From positions 1 to 63,677 of the IMG/VR virus record IMGVR_UViG_3300032883_000356: a stretch of 63,677 nucleotides of DNA; one strand, 5' to 3'. The stretch is from a virus (taxonomy: Duplodnaviria > Caudoviricetes). Every line of letters begins with the position of its first letter. Positions within the stretch are counted from its first letter, which is position 1. The position numbers were made by a program, and so were the translations under genes. Below the pieces are notes generated by a model. That model was not told the origin of the DNA, did not search any database, and saw only the letters and a list, made by a program, of their open reading frames with translations. Positions 27,401-35,627 of the stretch are shown here, one piece after another.

Positions 27401-29682
27401 TAAATAAGCCTTGATGGTAGATCCCTGGCAAAGGTATCTACCTGTTGCATAATCTGATCTCTTCCTGTCTCTGTTATGGCTTTTAGAATAGAACAGAAAA
27501 CACATGAATGCCTACATCCATCACTCATTGTAAGGCGCGGAACTGTCTTGGTACCAGAAAACAATCTGTAATCATATCCTGGATTATATACTGCGCCTTC
27601 GCTTTCTGTAAAATCTTTAATTGTTGGATAGACAGTTACATTAGGATGATTTTTAAAAATATCCATATCGGTATAGCCACCAACAACCAAATGGATTTTC
27701 GGAACCTCAGTAGCTATTTTATCGATAAGATCTCTATTTACATCCAACGCACTAAAAGCGATATTCTTATATCCGGAATTTTTGAAAAAATCTATCGCTT
27801 CGTCTATGTTTCTGATTGTATAGTGATCTGTAGTTTCTGGAAGGGCATATGACATATGAGCTTGCCACTGAGGTAATTCCCAAAAATCAGTTGGCCTATC
27901 ATATCCGGTTCTATTTTGGTAAAGTTTATCGTATGTAGTCCTTGGGCCTTTCTGTAAAAGGTCACTAGAAAACTGAACCATGAGGGTTCTATTACCATTG
28001 TCTGGGTCCAATGACTGACGAGCCCATATATTCTTATTTGCTACATCTTCTCCCTTAGTTCTGTTTGAAACTCCCTCACCGTAAGTAAGGGATGGAGTAG
28101 TTGTTTTAGATCCCGGTACTGGGGTTGGTGGCTCCATACCCGTTGGAACACCAGTTCTTTCTCGTAGGTTCTTTAGATCGATAAAGTCTAATCTCTCAAG
28201 ACCTTGTTTAATATCTTCGCTGACAGTTGGTGCTGGAGGTGGAAGTAACTTGCCCGCCTGGACTATCTGTTGGCGTTCTGTTGACCTCTTAAAGTCATCA
28301 AGAGATACTGGCATAACTGAAGGAGGTACAAGTTTTGCAGGTGTTGGCGCTGGAGGTACAGCCATACCTGGACCACGACCTACGATATCAAATTGTCCTG
28401 GCCTTACTGGAGGTAATCCACCCGTTTGTCCAGGTATGATAGGTCCCTTTACTATTAGCCCACTAGGTATTCCAACAGTTGGACCGGGTGGTAGGGCTAG
28501 TGGCGCTCGGGCTGGTTGTGGTAATCCTGCAAATGGTCCCGGTGCAAACTTTCCTGGTGCTGTTATTGCTTCTGGAATTGTTGGTGGTAATCCTTCTGGC
28601 GGAGCTAGTTGTAATGGTTGTGGAAATGTTCCTGGTACTCTTGAACCTGGAACTTCCTCGGGGGGTGGCAATGGTTCCCTCGTTGTTTGGAATTTAGCTG
28701 TTTGTGAAGCCAAATGTTCTTTAATTCTAGCTGGCGCATTTGTTAATCCTAAAACCGCAAAAGTTGCTTGTACCCCAGCATCGGCATAGTCACCTCTTTG
28801 AAAGGCATCCCACGCGCCCTTTGCATTTGCTGCGGTAAAAATTGCATCCATAGCATAACGCAAAGCTGGGCGAGTTCCATATATCAAACTAGCACCCTCT
28901 CCAAGAGGAACACCACTAGCAGCAAAAGCTATGTTAACAGGATCTGTAAAAAACTTTGCCGTATTACGAAGAAGCTGAACCGGAAGATTAGATATAAATG
29001 CCTCTGCTGGACTATCTACCTGTGGTGGTTCTGGGAATATCTTATTGATTACACTTTCTCGTAACTTATTAAATTCTTCCTGTCCTTTAGCGATTGGTTG
29101 AAGTATTCCAAGGGCACCGGCCTGTATAGGATGTTGTTCTTCCCAACTTGGTGGAATTGGTTCTTTAACGAATCCTACTGGTGGTCCCTGTATAGGCGGA
29201 GATGCTAATCCAGTTGTTTTTATAACATCGGCAGATACTCCAGGAGGGGGAGTAAGTCCATATCCTGGTGGCGGAGTAAACTGTCTAGTTGGAATATTAC
29301 CCGGTTCTACTAATTTTGGTGGCGGAGTTGGTTTGGAAACCGGCTTAGGAAGTTCCGTAACCGGAGGCATTAATCCTTCCCCTCGTGGTCCCTTTAACAG
29401 CTGCCATACTTTTTCAAATATTCCAGGTTCAGCAACCTTGGTTTCCGCTTTAATACCAAAGTAATTTTTCCATTCGTCCACAGTTGCGTTTATGGTTCTA
29501 TCTTGAATCTCGGGAGTATCTTTAAGGAAGTCCGGACGAAGTTTTCCTAATATATATTTCTTGGTTTCTTTGTCTGAACCGTGATATCGTTGAGATAGAA
29601 GTATATCCCGTGGCTTTAATGAGCCCCAATCCGGTTCCTGTTGGTTTTGAGTGGTACTCTTTTCGTCCAGATTGTCTGCCAT
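21451..29682 (-). CDS. Giant polyvalent internal virion/ejection protein with radical SAM, zinc metallopeptidase and HhH glycosylase-like domains
   Basis: 2743 aa; last gene of the ejection cluster; CRHSCVFC (CxxxCxxC), HELVH...HDEPF, FGEKVGAF...TMDRWWTR...ELQAVLWYYE. Confidence 0.8.
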   Translation of the reverse strand: MADNLDEKSTTQNQQEPDWGSLKPRDILLSQRYHGSDKETKKYILGKLRPDFLKDTPEIQDRTINATVDEWKNYFGIKAETKVAEPGIFEKVWQLLKGPRGEGLMPPVTELPKPVSKPTPPPKLVEPGNIPTRQFTPPPGYGLTPPPGVSADVIKTTGLASPPIQGPPVGFVKEPIPPSWEEQHPIQAGALGILQPIAKGQEEFNKLRESVINKIFPEPPQVDSPAEAFISNLPVQLLRNTAKFFTDPVNIAFAASGVPLGEGASLIYGTRPALRYAMDAIFTAANAKGAWDAFQRGDYADAGVQATFAVLGLTNAPARIKEHLASQTAKFQTTREPLPPPEEVPGSRVPGTFPQPLQLAPPEGLPPTIPEAITAPGKFAPGPFAGLPQPARAPLALPPGPTVGIPSGLIVKGPIIPGQTGGLPPVRPGQFDIVGRGPGMAVPPAPTPAKLVPPSVMPVSLDDFKRSTERQQIVQAGKLLPPPAPTVSEDIKQGLERLDFIDLKNLRERTGVPTGMEPPTPVPGSKTTTPSLTYGEGVSNRTKGEDVANKNIWARQSLDPDNGNRTLMVQFSSDLLQKGPRTTYDKLYQNRTGYDRPTDFWELPQWQAHMSYALPETTDHYTIRNIDEAIDFFKNSGYKNIAFSALDVNRDLIDKIATEVPKIHLVVGGYTDMDIFKNHPNVTVYPTIKDFTESEGAVYNPGYDYRLFSGTKTVPRLTMSDGCRHSCVFCSILKAITETGRDQIMQQVDTFARDLPSRLIYINDKTFGQASNHTMLPEIYNRIKGQNPDFDGFIIQTTAAQMKKFTSDFINRAGIKYIELGIESYNDPILKAMKKPANETLINEAAQKIRDAGAVLIPNIMVGLPGETPETYAKTMDWLNANRDIISHANIYNLALYDEAELGRKLEAKTQADRDENIIEKSWMEDPAVANRFHKGVFDFSSQQLDREPTTGKSAGQVIEETFNGLPTIEGGLDLARIFERPREAQPTARTGSEQIRIDDERQLDRAARSEVDRASRYGERTPETREPGPQGFADAIGPSPEGWSGLEKSLQRPPTVAPEVSGISPQLGAGEPGFIGLTPPIDLKPGQSPTGYELAQAIERAPSYRVGDNVYKVVDESGTVSRRTMATVAHHGGIQGLTGKVAEIFDELKNALSGGIDPDYNKAVFAGNTLDPTAFAINYNGDRVFGTDSNCPVFYNPLTSLEEAFRLVVNGHVHTDDIHKQVARQAVVSMVHELVHQKNRTHDEPFHELLNNALDEHKPLLDQQTQKLEDYLSNNNQEKIRNTVALYDLWASDWVGHPNLEGLPAPPPNELIGIKDAREIGDPPRFLSTKWLDKPLKLDVEGTPNVIDIGKAMSDFMESKYGKLLPPKRTIERAQEKSMINRFIKHAGNEFLYQIAKDNSMMEWYQKDIERMNQLLTHARADFEDPSQRKLFSILFGILSPGNEVKGNFGTAMKAYDMWAENGTVPIKNPDTESGSWGNAATKAFTHNLITLQRVIDMNDGDINKAINWLLTEHPVKELNAVKYSEAKRGAEIPGGAETMRLGTYMFGEKVGAFVPNLLGVSSELTMDRWWTRGWNRIMGTVDLVKKWDQNEQQYVWTTRDAPRSWAENQLMRKASQQLASVLKVKIPELQAVLWYYEQSLYTAHGATNKPFSLSQAAEQYLDDNGIPYEKPTTVQPEGKVPTNNREASEPGAHAFAQGIFGWGEPGTPGMAETLKAPPAQLAAPTEEDISFPSGPEEEPLGIKEAARRAPKLPTKIDFKKLGTFVDSFDNPEYTRSGDGWITPNGGIIANGFRSHAQSLLNALGHNYFDYDKTFGQIVNQYGLIRTKIQDGVATAEIFGIPTSSQMRTLRQMENDTDSKLLYDITDPRTHDVFATGQGIPKLETDLSRRLKIAAPPGGEPLGIKDPAERTGGLIDQYGRPIKSGAPGPVPKGISKPTKDITDAIITTEGKTPQKLNEAFRNLYTGERDVRIAQTNQLRDEIAKILSDVLDQEALTFYREFKNRPDEEIKMLLDGSHPYYKEFANYLTKEGMDAPRVDDHVQQAKDRIEKLKPVLERVLHPNEELERASDMQTKYFEEKLKEGQDLGFLHSSIKPEEYITHILTSDYPPLRGERAGTNVTGGQLARKFGFANERTFTDMAKAIIFSKTPATINAVDAMTLYGKGHANVYATNQFINALEENGLIQWGTRKSEGVPADWITYVRGTNPLWRDVTTYLDREGNPQMAYRDAYGPQKLVKALYPITDPNFFDLVPALQQMRLYQAYIKSVELGLSTFHMKALGLSAIANMGPVETINSIKADMDNPEWKARELIAIKSGMTTDILGRNIETYRRMQSTINDPNWIDKVASLPVIDQGTEVAHKITHATFGILQRKFKVGDFSVKEAGWIAEHPNATDEELNQARREIAREVNGVYGGLHWENLGWSKNSVYIQRALLLAPDWTYSNVYTAGQAFKGGPAGKSARIFWAASFGVGMALTAGMSLLVSGKMSDKPTQVHLGKDNKGKDIYSNWFFAGGPNDLVNLTTNVADWGLVGGLARSLGNKAAPIIRYVIQVLNNKTFLGSPIVPKEAGPIAGTIRSLIHAVETLGPIPFSISTPLTMLYDGKEHNPAEYFGALVFAARSRHVVPEGEREITSGYKKSTLAPAKERSAAPLWERITGNRMVLPTVDQFKRFPLDSALSAYESADESTRKSYRPYVYSKLGTVYKYKDPDVRKLLMQKMIELGFRKEKPLPEPETQLQPPPEEE

Positions 29683-31313
29683 TATTGCTTAAATGCTCCA
29701 GATATTGGTGGCGGAGTTGTCTTCTTAGTTTTTTCTTTGTCTTCTATAATATTGCTTATAGTAGCATTTGCCTTTACTTGTGGCGTAACAGCCGGTATGC
29801 CCCCACGAAGAGTTTTCTGGAAATCGTCCCATGATATGTCTAAACCGGTTTTTGAGTTGGTAATAATACTAGGAATTAGTTCTTCAACTCTCTTTCTATA
29901 TTCTGGTGTTGCCGGATCTAGTTGTTCCGAAAGAGCCATCTGAGCTGCTTCTTTTTTGGCACCCTCTAAATACATACGAGCTGTAGGCGGGGTTATTCCC
30001 TTACCTTTTGCCTTTTCTGCTGCTGCCGTATCTCTTAGTTTTTGATTTGCTCGCCTTATATTTACAAGTTCTTTCGAAGCCGCAATGGACTGTTTTGTTC
30101 GGGCAAGAACTGTATCAGCTTTTTCTATATTCCTTCTTCCGACTTCCGCTTCGGCCTGAGACCAGGTAGCATCTGGCTTTGTTTTCTTCATTTCGTTAAA
30201 TACATCTTCAATCTGACCTTCTCTTGTATTAAATGGTTGTTCTATTGAACTATAAACATTACCAGTCATTACGTCTTGTTGTTCCAGAATCCTATGATGG
30301 GTTTCTGGGTCCCTGTGTTCGATCTTGGTCATAACCGGTGCCTGATTGGGTAATGCAACTCCGGCTCGTAGTTGAGCCTCAATTCTATCATATAGTAATG
30401 GATTTTTTGTCTTAATATCCAACATTGCCGGAGTTTTAATTAAAGCATCAACTCTTTCGTTCCTATGCTTATCTTCCAAGTCAAGTCTGGCACCCTCTGT
30501 TTTAAGAGTTAAAGCAGCTTGGTAATCCGCCTGATCTTTATTTAATCCTTTCTGTAATTGAAGTTGCGCTGAATAAGTATTAAAATCTTGCGCATGCTGA
30601 TCACTTACCGGCATTCCCTCAAGGTAAGTCTGAATATTACCACCGGATGTCTGAACTCTTTCAAGTCCCTTTCCTACCATAGTATTCTGCTTTATAACAC
30701 CAGGAGGTAGTGGTTTTTCGTATGCTCCCGACACTGTTATGTTTGATGCTCTAGCAAGGGTTGGAAGTGCAGACGGAGCCTGTTCTGGAACCGGAAGATG
30801 AGTTTCTTGCGATGGTGGTTCTGGAATGGTAATTCCCATGTCACCAGAGACCGGTACATTCATTGGTCTTTGCTGAGGCAATTCTGATTCCGATACAGTA
30901 CCTTTCGGTCTTGGAAGTTGTGATTCTGGTGTTTGTGTTTGTGTTGTTGGTGCAGTTTCCGGTGACATAGTTGTGCCCTGAGCACCAAGACCAGAGAGAG
31001 GTTGGGGTCCACCACTACCACCCTTTTTACCGCCAATTAATCCCTTTATTAAGTTCCAGGCACCAGACTTCTGGGTCATAAGTTTATGCGCTTCATCCAT
31101 GTATTCTTGCGCATGTTGGCGAGCAAATGCAGCTAGGTCTGCATTTTGCATTCCTTCTGCGGCCTTCTGTTGTTCTATGGCCATTTGCATAAGGCCACTA
31201 GCCTTCTGCATTTTAAGGGCACTTTGTTGTACAGTGCCCTGATGATATCCCTTAAGGAATTCAGAAAAGAGAAAACCACCACCAGCTCCAGCTGGTCCTA
31301 CTCCATCTGCCAT
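29682..31313 (-). CDS. Probable internal virion/ejection protein
   Basis: 543 aa, Gly/Gln/Pro-rich N-terminus and helical C-terminus; position matches podovirus ejection genes. Confidence 0.6.
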   Translation of the reverse strand: MADGVGPAGAGGGFLFSEFLKGYHQGTVQQSALKMQKASGLMQMAIEQQKAAEGMQNADLAAFARQHAQEYMDEAHKLMTQKSGAWNLIKGLIGGKKGGSGGPQPLSGLGAQGTTMSPETAPTTQTQTPESQLPRPKGTVSESELPQQRPMNVPVSGDMGITIPEPPSQETHLPVPEQAPSALPTLARASNITVSGAYEKPLPPGVIKQNTMVGKGLERVQTSGGNIQTYLEGMPVSDQHAQDFNTYSAQLQLQKGLNKDQADYQAALTLKTEGARLDLEDKHRNERVDALIKTPAMLDIKTKNPLLYDRIEAQLRAGVALPNQAPVMTKIEHRDPETHHRILEQQDVMTGNVYSSIEQPFNTREGQIEDVFNEMKKTKPDATWSQAEAEVGRRNIEKADTVLARTKQSIAASKELVNIRRANQKLRDTAAAEKAKGKGITPPTARMYLEGAKKEAAQMALSEQLDPATPEYRKRVEELIPSIITNSKTGLDISWDDFQKTLRGGIPAVTPQVKANATISNIIEDKEKTKKTTPPPISGAFKQ

Positions 31314-31315
31314 AT

Positions 31316-31615
31316 TTACCTTCTTCCAGATTTACGTGATATCTTACGCTTTTCTAGTCTCTTAACAATTTTAGCCGGTATAACCAGTTCACCCTTATGT
31401 AATCTGTAGACAGCCGTTTTCTTTACCCTACCACCCTTTTTCATTTCATCGGTAGGATCATAATCTGTCTTGGTTGCCGTATCTTGAACTGCCTGTTTTC
31501 CAGCCGCCCTAGATTTAATATCACTAACTATATCATAACTTTGTTTAAATGCTGGATTCATAGCGCTACCCATACCAATTAGTGCCTTTTTCCAACCTGC
31601 CTTATCTTCTGCCAT
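31316..31615 (-). CDS. Small basic protein with KGGRVK/HKGE C-terminal module
   Basis: MKKGGRVKKTAVYRLHKGELVI...KISRKSGRR. Confidence 0.7.
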   Translation of the reverse strand: MAEDKAGWKKALIGMGSAMNPAFKQSYDIVSDIKSRAAGKQAVQDTATKTDYDPTDEMKKGGRVKKTAVYRLHKGELVIPAKIVKRLEKRKISRKSGRR

Positions 31616-31623
31616 ATATCCTC

Positions 31624-32139
31624 CTAAATTCCAGCCAAGGCACCACCAAGACCACCAAACATAGAAGCGGCTTGGGCACCCTTTGACGATGCAAGACTTC
31701 CGTATCCTTGGGCTACCTGGCCCATTGTTTGTCCAGCTGTACCATAAGCACCAACACCGGTCTGGGTACCACCCATACCAAGAGATGCCAACCTAGCCGT
31801 AGATTCAGAAACACCACCAGAATAGATCTGGTTCTTAGAGGCGGATTCCTGAAGGTTTACATCCCTAAGGGCCTGGTCTCTCTGCCCTCCTGGTGGAAGT
31901 GCCAGGGCAGCCCTTCTGGCTTGATAGAATTGTTGTGTAGCAGCATTGATTTGAGGAGCAACATATGCCTGGATTCCAGGCATATTTCCCTTAGACAGTC
32001 CAGTATAGGTAGAGAGCGCCTGCTGCCTGGCTGGAGCCGTTTCACCTAAAAGTTGTTTTCCTATGTCTAGTTCTTGCTGTGCTATGCCAGATTGTGCTGC
32101 TAGGGCAGTCTCACTTTGTTTCGCAGCGCCTTTACCCAT
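31624..32139 (-). CDS. Probable DNA pilot/ejection protein
   Basis: Ala/Gly/Gln-rich, MGKG start, GGLGGALAGI end; follows the GNAT gene as in many podoviruses. Confidence 0.6.
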   Translation of the reverse strand: MGKGAAKQSETALAAQSGIAQQELDIGKQLLGETAPARQQALSTYTGLSKGNMPGIQAYVAPQINAATQQFYQARRAALALPPGGQRDQALRDVNLQESASKNQIYSGGVSESTARLASLGMGGTQTGVGAYGTAGQTMGQVAQGYGSLASSKGAQAASMFGGLGGALAGI

Positions 32140-32142
32140 GGG

Positions 32143-32730
32143 TTACTCCGGATACTGAAACTGGTTTCGCGTCATAAGCGTAACCACTCCAGTTGTCACC
32201 TCACCCTTATAGGTTGTATAATTGGGGAGTCTCCCAACTTCCCTGAAACCGGCTCTCTTAACATAAATTAAAGCCGCTCTGTTTTCTTCCGGCGTAACCC
32301 CAACAATTGTATCGATTTTAAGAACATTAAACCAGTAATCTATTACCATCCAGGCGAACTGATCAGTGTATGCTGGCTTCTGATAATCTTTAAAGAAAAC
32401 AAACGATCCCACCGCACGAGTAAGCTTCCCAGCACAGACTGCAATGTCTGTAACCCATGCCATTCCAACAATATCAACTATCTTATCACCATCAACCAAA
32501 CTGAATATTTGGGATAGTGATTTAGACGGATCACTGAAAAAATTCATGAACTGAAGAGGGGTCATATTTGTGGATTCATGGAATACGATATCAAATAACT
32601 CTTCTATTTTCAATCTGTTATAAATAGAAATCAGCGCATCTTCCTTGTAAACTCCGAAGGTTGGTGAATATGGAAGCAACATTAAATTACCACGCACAAA
32701 TTCAAAATCTTTTTTGACGGTTTCTGTCAT
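32143..32730 (-). CDS. GNAT-fold acetyltransferase-like protein
   Basis: GVTPEENRAAL.Y.KRAGFREVG motif; start at the ATG with an AAGGAG RBS. Confidence 0.75.
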   Translation of the reverse strand: MTETVKKDFEFVRGNLMLLPYSPTFGVYKEDALISIYNRLKIEELFDIVFHESTNMTPLQFMNFFSDPSKSLSQIFSLVDGDKIVDIVGMAWVTDIAVCAGKLTRAVGSFVFFKDYQKPAYTDQFAWMVIDYWFNVLKIDTIVGVTPEENRAALIYVKRAGFREVGRLPNYTTYKGEVTTGVVTLMTRNQFQYPE

Positions 32731-32748
32731 AAATATCTCCTTAGGTAT

Positions 32749-32769
32749 ATAATACCACAACCAGGTCAA
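32749..32769 (-). promoter_or_regulatory. Short-spacer promoter-like element
   Basis: TTGACC-tggttgtgg-TATTAT (9-nt spacer). Confidence 0.45.
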
Positions 32770-32772
32770 GAC

Positions 32773-33141
32773 TTAAATGGGAACGTGAAAGAAGTCAGAA
32801 CCGTGTCCTACCTGAGCACTACTTAGTCCGTCAATGTCTGTTTCAAAAGATTTTCCATTCATGGCGGATACCCTATATCCATAACCGATTCCAGAAGAAA
32901 AGATGTTAGTGGACTTCACTTGTAAATTCACGGGATTTTTTCCTACCTCATCATACCTGGCACGTACTCCAAACATACCAAGACAAAAACCACGTTCAGA
33001 TATTGTCCAGCTTCCCAATGTTCTATATCCATAACCGATTCCGGAAGAGAAAATATTGGTAGATTTTATCTGCAGGTTTACGGGGTTTTTGCTTTGTTCG
33101 TCATAATGTTTTTTTAAATTTAGAAATCTAAGTATTGGCAT
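32773..33141 (-). CDS. Hypothetical protein with an internal 28-aa duplication
   Basis: YDE..KNPVNLQ.KSTNIFSSGIGYGYR occurs twice. Confidence 0.65.
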   Translation of the reverse strand: MPILRFLNLKKHYDEQSKNPVNLQIKSTNIFSSGIGYGYRTLGSWTISERGFCLGMFGVRARYDEVGKNPVNLQVKSTNIFSSGIGYGYRVSAMNGKSFETDIDGLSSAQVGHGSDFFHVPI

Positions 33142-33926
33142 TAGTCTGCCCTTATGGCAAATCTTCTGTGAGAATTTGATGATACTGACGATATAACCAT
33201 AAAAATTGCGGTCGTTGCAATGTCAATTGGAACGGTATATGTACTTCCAAATGCAAGCGTTGTGTCTGCTGCCATAACTTGCGGTATAAATCCGCTTATA
33301 AAAACTAACGAAGTTAATGTTACGTATACACCAAATGGAGCAAAGATAAATGTTCCGGATATACTTTTAAGAGATGAAAGAGTACTGCCTGGACATACAG
33401 ACAAACATCTTTCTGCCGATGCGGGGGTTCCGGCAATTATTGCAACCCACATTTCTAAACTTGTGGTTTCCGCGTTTGCACCAGCACCATCATAATATCC
33501 ACGACAAAATATGTACACAAAACTTGCAGATTTTGAATCTGGAGTTGGATCTACCATAAACGACCCTAAGTGTTCTGGAGTTACCGCCCTAACAGAGACT
33601 ACGTGACAATGCATTTCTCCAGTAAAATACCTAACTGTGTTACCGGCGACATCAAGTTTTATCCTTCTGGTAGCAACAGTTGTACCATTTTGATCGTATG
33701 TTACAACTTGCAATGTCGTTGCATCTATCCTTGTAGCAAGAATAGACCAGAATCTACCTGAAGAATCAACTGGAGATTTAAAATTGCCAGCACCAAGCAA
33801 GGTCCAGGTACCGTTCGTTACCAACTCAGATTGAAGATTTGATATTATAGTATTAACATCTACCACAGCTGCGGTTTGAAGATATCTATGTGTTGTTGCA
33901 AGAAATGATGGAACTGCCATATTCAC
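33141..33926 (-). CDS. Putative tail/structural protein (paralog A1)
   Basis: Beta-rich; similar to 33927-34772 (VP.FL start, DQN..T..TR.I, Y.PID). Confidence 0.6.
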   Translation of the reverse strand: MNMAVPSFLATTHRYLQTAAVVDVNTIISNLQSELVTNGTWTLLGAGNFKSPVDSSGRFWSILATRIDATTLQVVTYDQNGTTVATRRIKLDVAGNTVRYFTGEMHCHVVSVRAVTPEHLGSFMVDPTPDSKSASFVYIFCRGYYDGAGANAETTSLEMWVAIIAGTPASAERCLSVCPGSTLSSLKSISGTFIFAPFGVYVTLTSLVFISGFIPQVMAADTTLAFGSTYTVPIDIATTAIFMVISSVSSNSHRRFAIRAD

Positions 33927-34772
33927 CTACGCTATTCGAATACAAAGCAAACTATTATTATTTCCAGCTTGTCTTCCAAATACCTTAAACTTTCCAACCA
34001 CCCCAACGTCTATAGGAATGTACATTTCTGAACTGTATGGCAGCGAACTTGAACATATGTAAACCCCATACATTCTTCCCGCCCACCGCGCAGCACCACC
34101 GGTATCAAGAACTCCAATATTTGCCTCACAAAAAAAATATACACCTTGGGGGGTAACAAGTCTTGGGGTGCTAGAAGTAAATAGTCCCCATTCGTATAAT
34201 CTTGTGGTAGCAACAGCGGCAGCATTGTCCCACATGAAAGACGTATCTATGTAATCTCCTCCTCTATATGTATATCCAGGACCAGTATTAATCCTCCCGG
34301 CGTCTCCATAGCATCCATGATTTGGATTGCTATTTTGTGCTTCTGGGGTCTGATCTAAATAACCAGCAATTGCGAATTCTGGAATAGCCTGTGTTGGTCT
34401 ATATACACAAACCCAACAATAGAATGGTGATCCGAATATCTGAACGGTATTTCCGTTTGCAGCATCTATTACTATTACCCTAGTACAAAGAGTGTTAGTA
34501 TTTTGATCCACAACAGTCCATGTTAGGGTGGCATCGTCAACTACTGTCATTGTAATTTTTACTTGTCTACCGGCTCCATCGGGATCTGCAGGAGTGGTGA
34601 ATGTGTTTGGAGAACTTCCATGAGCAGCGGAATGCGCCCATCCACCAGCGGTAACCAATAAATCATAAACATAATCTATTATTCTCTGTGTGCCGTGGTC
34701 CGCTCCATCACCGATAATATTTATGTGTTCGGAATACAATGGGGCGAAATTCAAAAATACTGGTACTGACAT
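33927..34772 (-). CDS. Putative tail/structural protein (paralog A2)
   Basis: Similar to the adjacent 33141-33926. Confidence 0.6.
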   Translation of the reverse strand: MSVPVFLNFAPLYSEHINIIGDGADHGTQRIIDYVYDLLVTAGGWAHSAAHGSSPNTFTTPADPDGAGRQVKITMTVVDDATLTWTVVDQNTNTLCTRVIVIDAANGNTVQIFGSPFYCWVCVYRPTQAIPEFAIAGYLDQTPEAQNSNPNHGCYGDAGRINTGPGYTYRGGDYIDTSFMWDNAAAVATTRLYEWGLFTSSTPRLVTPQGVYFFCEANIGVLDTGGAARWAGRMYGVYICSSSLPYSSEMYIPIDVGVVGKFKVFGRQAGNNNSLLCIRIA

Positions 34773-34773
34773 A

Positions 34774-35625
34774 TTAATATCCTTTTAGAAACCCACTAAT
34801 AATCCATTGATCACGAGCTAAAACATAGAAGGCTGTAAAAATATCCATTACCCCAGGGTCCGTGCTAAGTATAATCGGTGGGGTATCAATGCCAGCTGCG
34901 AACTTACTATCTAACAATATCGTTCTGTTTCCAGTGCCATCTTGGTATATAAGCCAAATTATACGTTGTCCGTCAGTTGGATTGGTTGGGTTACCAAGCA
35001 ATCTGTTTCCGCCGAATATTACAACGAAAGTATTTCCAAGACTGGCATCGGTTGCAACAGTAGCAGCATCAACAAGTGTAATAATTGTTGCTGGCTTAAA
35101 CGCTCCGGTCATTTCTCGTATACCGCTTCTATTTAGATACTGAAGATGATCATCACTAACAAGACCACTTAGATTTCCGTGTGTAATTCCAGCCTGATTC
35201 AATCCTATAGTTCTGTCAGCACTTAAATCCCCACCACCAGTAATAGGGGCAATAGCCGTAATAAGCCTTGTTAAGGGTACGCCCCCGCCCCCCCCACCAC
35301 TAGACGGCGTACCCGGTGATCCGGTTATCTGAAGTGGAGTGCTTCCAACAGAAGAAATCAAACTAAGAATAAGACGACCAAATTCCAGGGAACTAAGATA
35401 ACTTTTGGTTATAAAGTCTGTTTGTTTAGCAGTTTTTTGTATGGGGCCATCTATGATCGGGTTACCGCTCATGTCCATGGAATTCTCATTGATAATAGTT
35501 CCATGGCTACCAGTAAGATTTCCAATAGCATCAAATATACGGCGAAGGATAAAGTTAAGCTTTTCCCATTTTACGTAGTCTTTATCGTTCTTGTTGTCTA
35601 ATGCTATCTGATAGAATTCACTCAT
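34774..35625 (-). CDS. Tail fibre-like protein
   Basis: GGGDLSADRTI, H..LSGL..DDH.QY and QDGTGNRT motifs typical of phage fibres. Confidence 0.65.
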   Translation of the reverse strand: MSEFYQIALDNKNDKDYVKWEKLNFILRRIFDAIGNLTGSHGTIINENSMDMSGNPIIDGPIQKTAKQTDFITKSYLSSLEFGRLILSLISSVGSTPLQITGSPGTPSSGGGGGGVPLTRLITAIAPITGGGDLSADRTIGLNQAGITHGNLSGLVSDDHLQYLNRSGIREMTGAFKPATIITLVDAATVATDASLGNTFVVIFGGNRLLGNPTNPTDGQRIIWLIYQDGTGNRTILLDSKFAAGIDTPPIILSTDPGVMDIFTAFYVLARDQWIISGFLKGY

Positions 35626-35627
35626 AA

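Noticed and set aside
21866-29064. Many plus-strand ORFs inside the giant gene (and similar ones across the structural region)
   Set aside because: Antisense to well-supported genes, with no RBS or recognisable motifs
32870-33105. Duplicated ~85-nt segment as a DGR template/variable repeat pair
   Set aside because: Differences are mostly synonymous and not adenine-specific, and no reverse transcriptase is present
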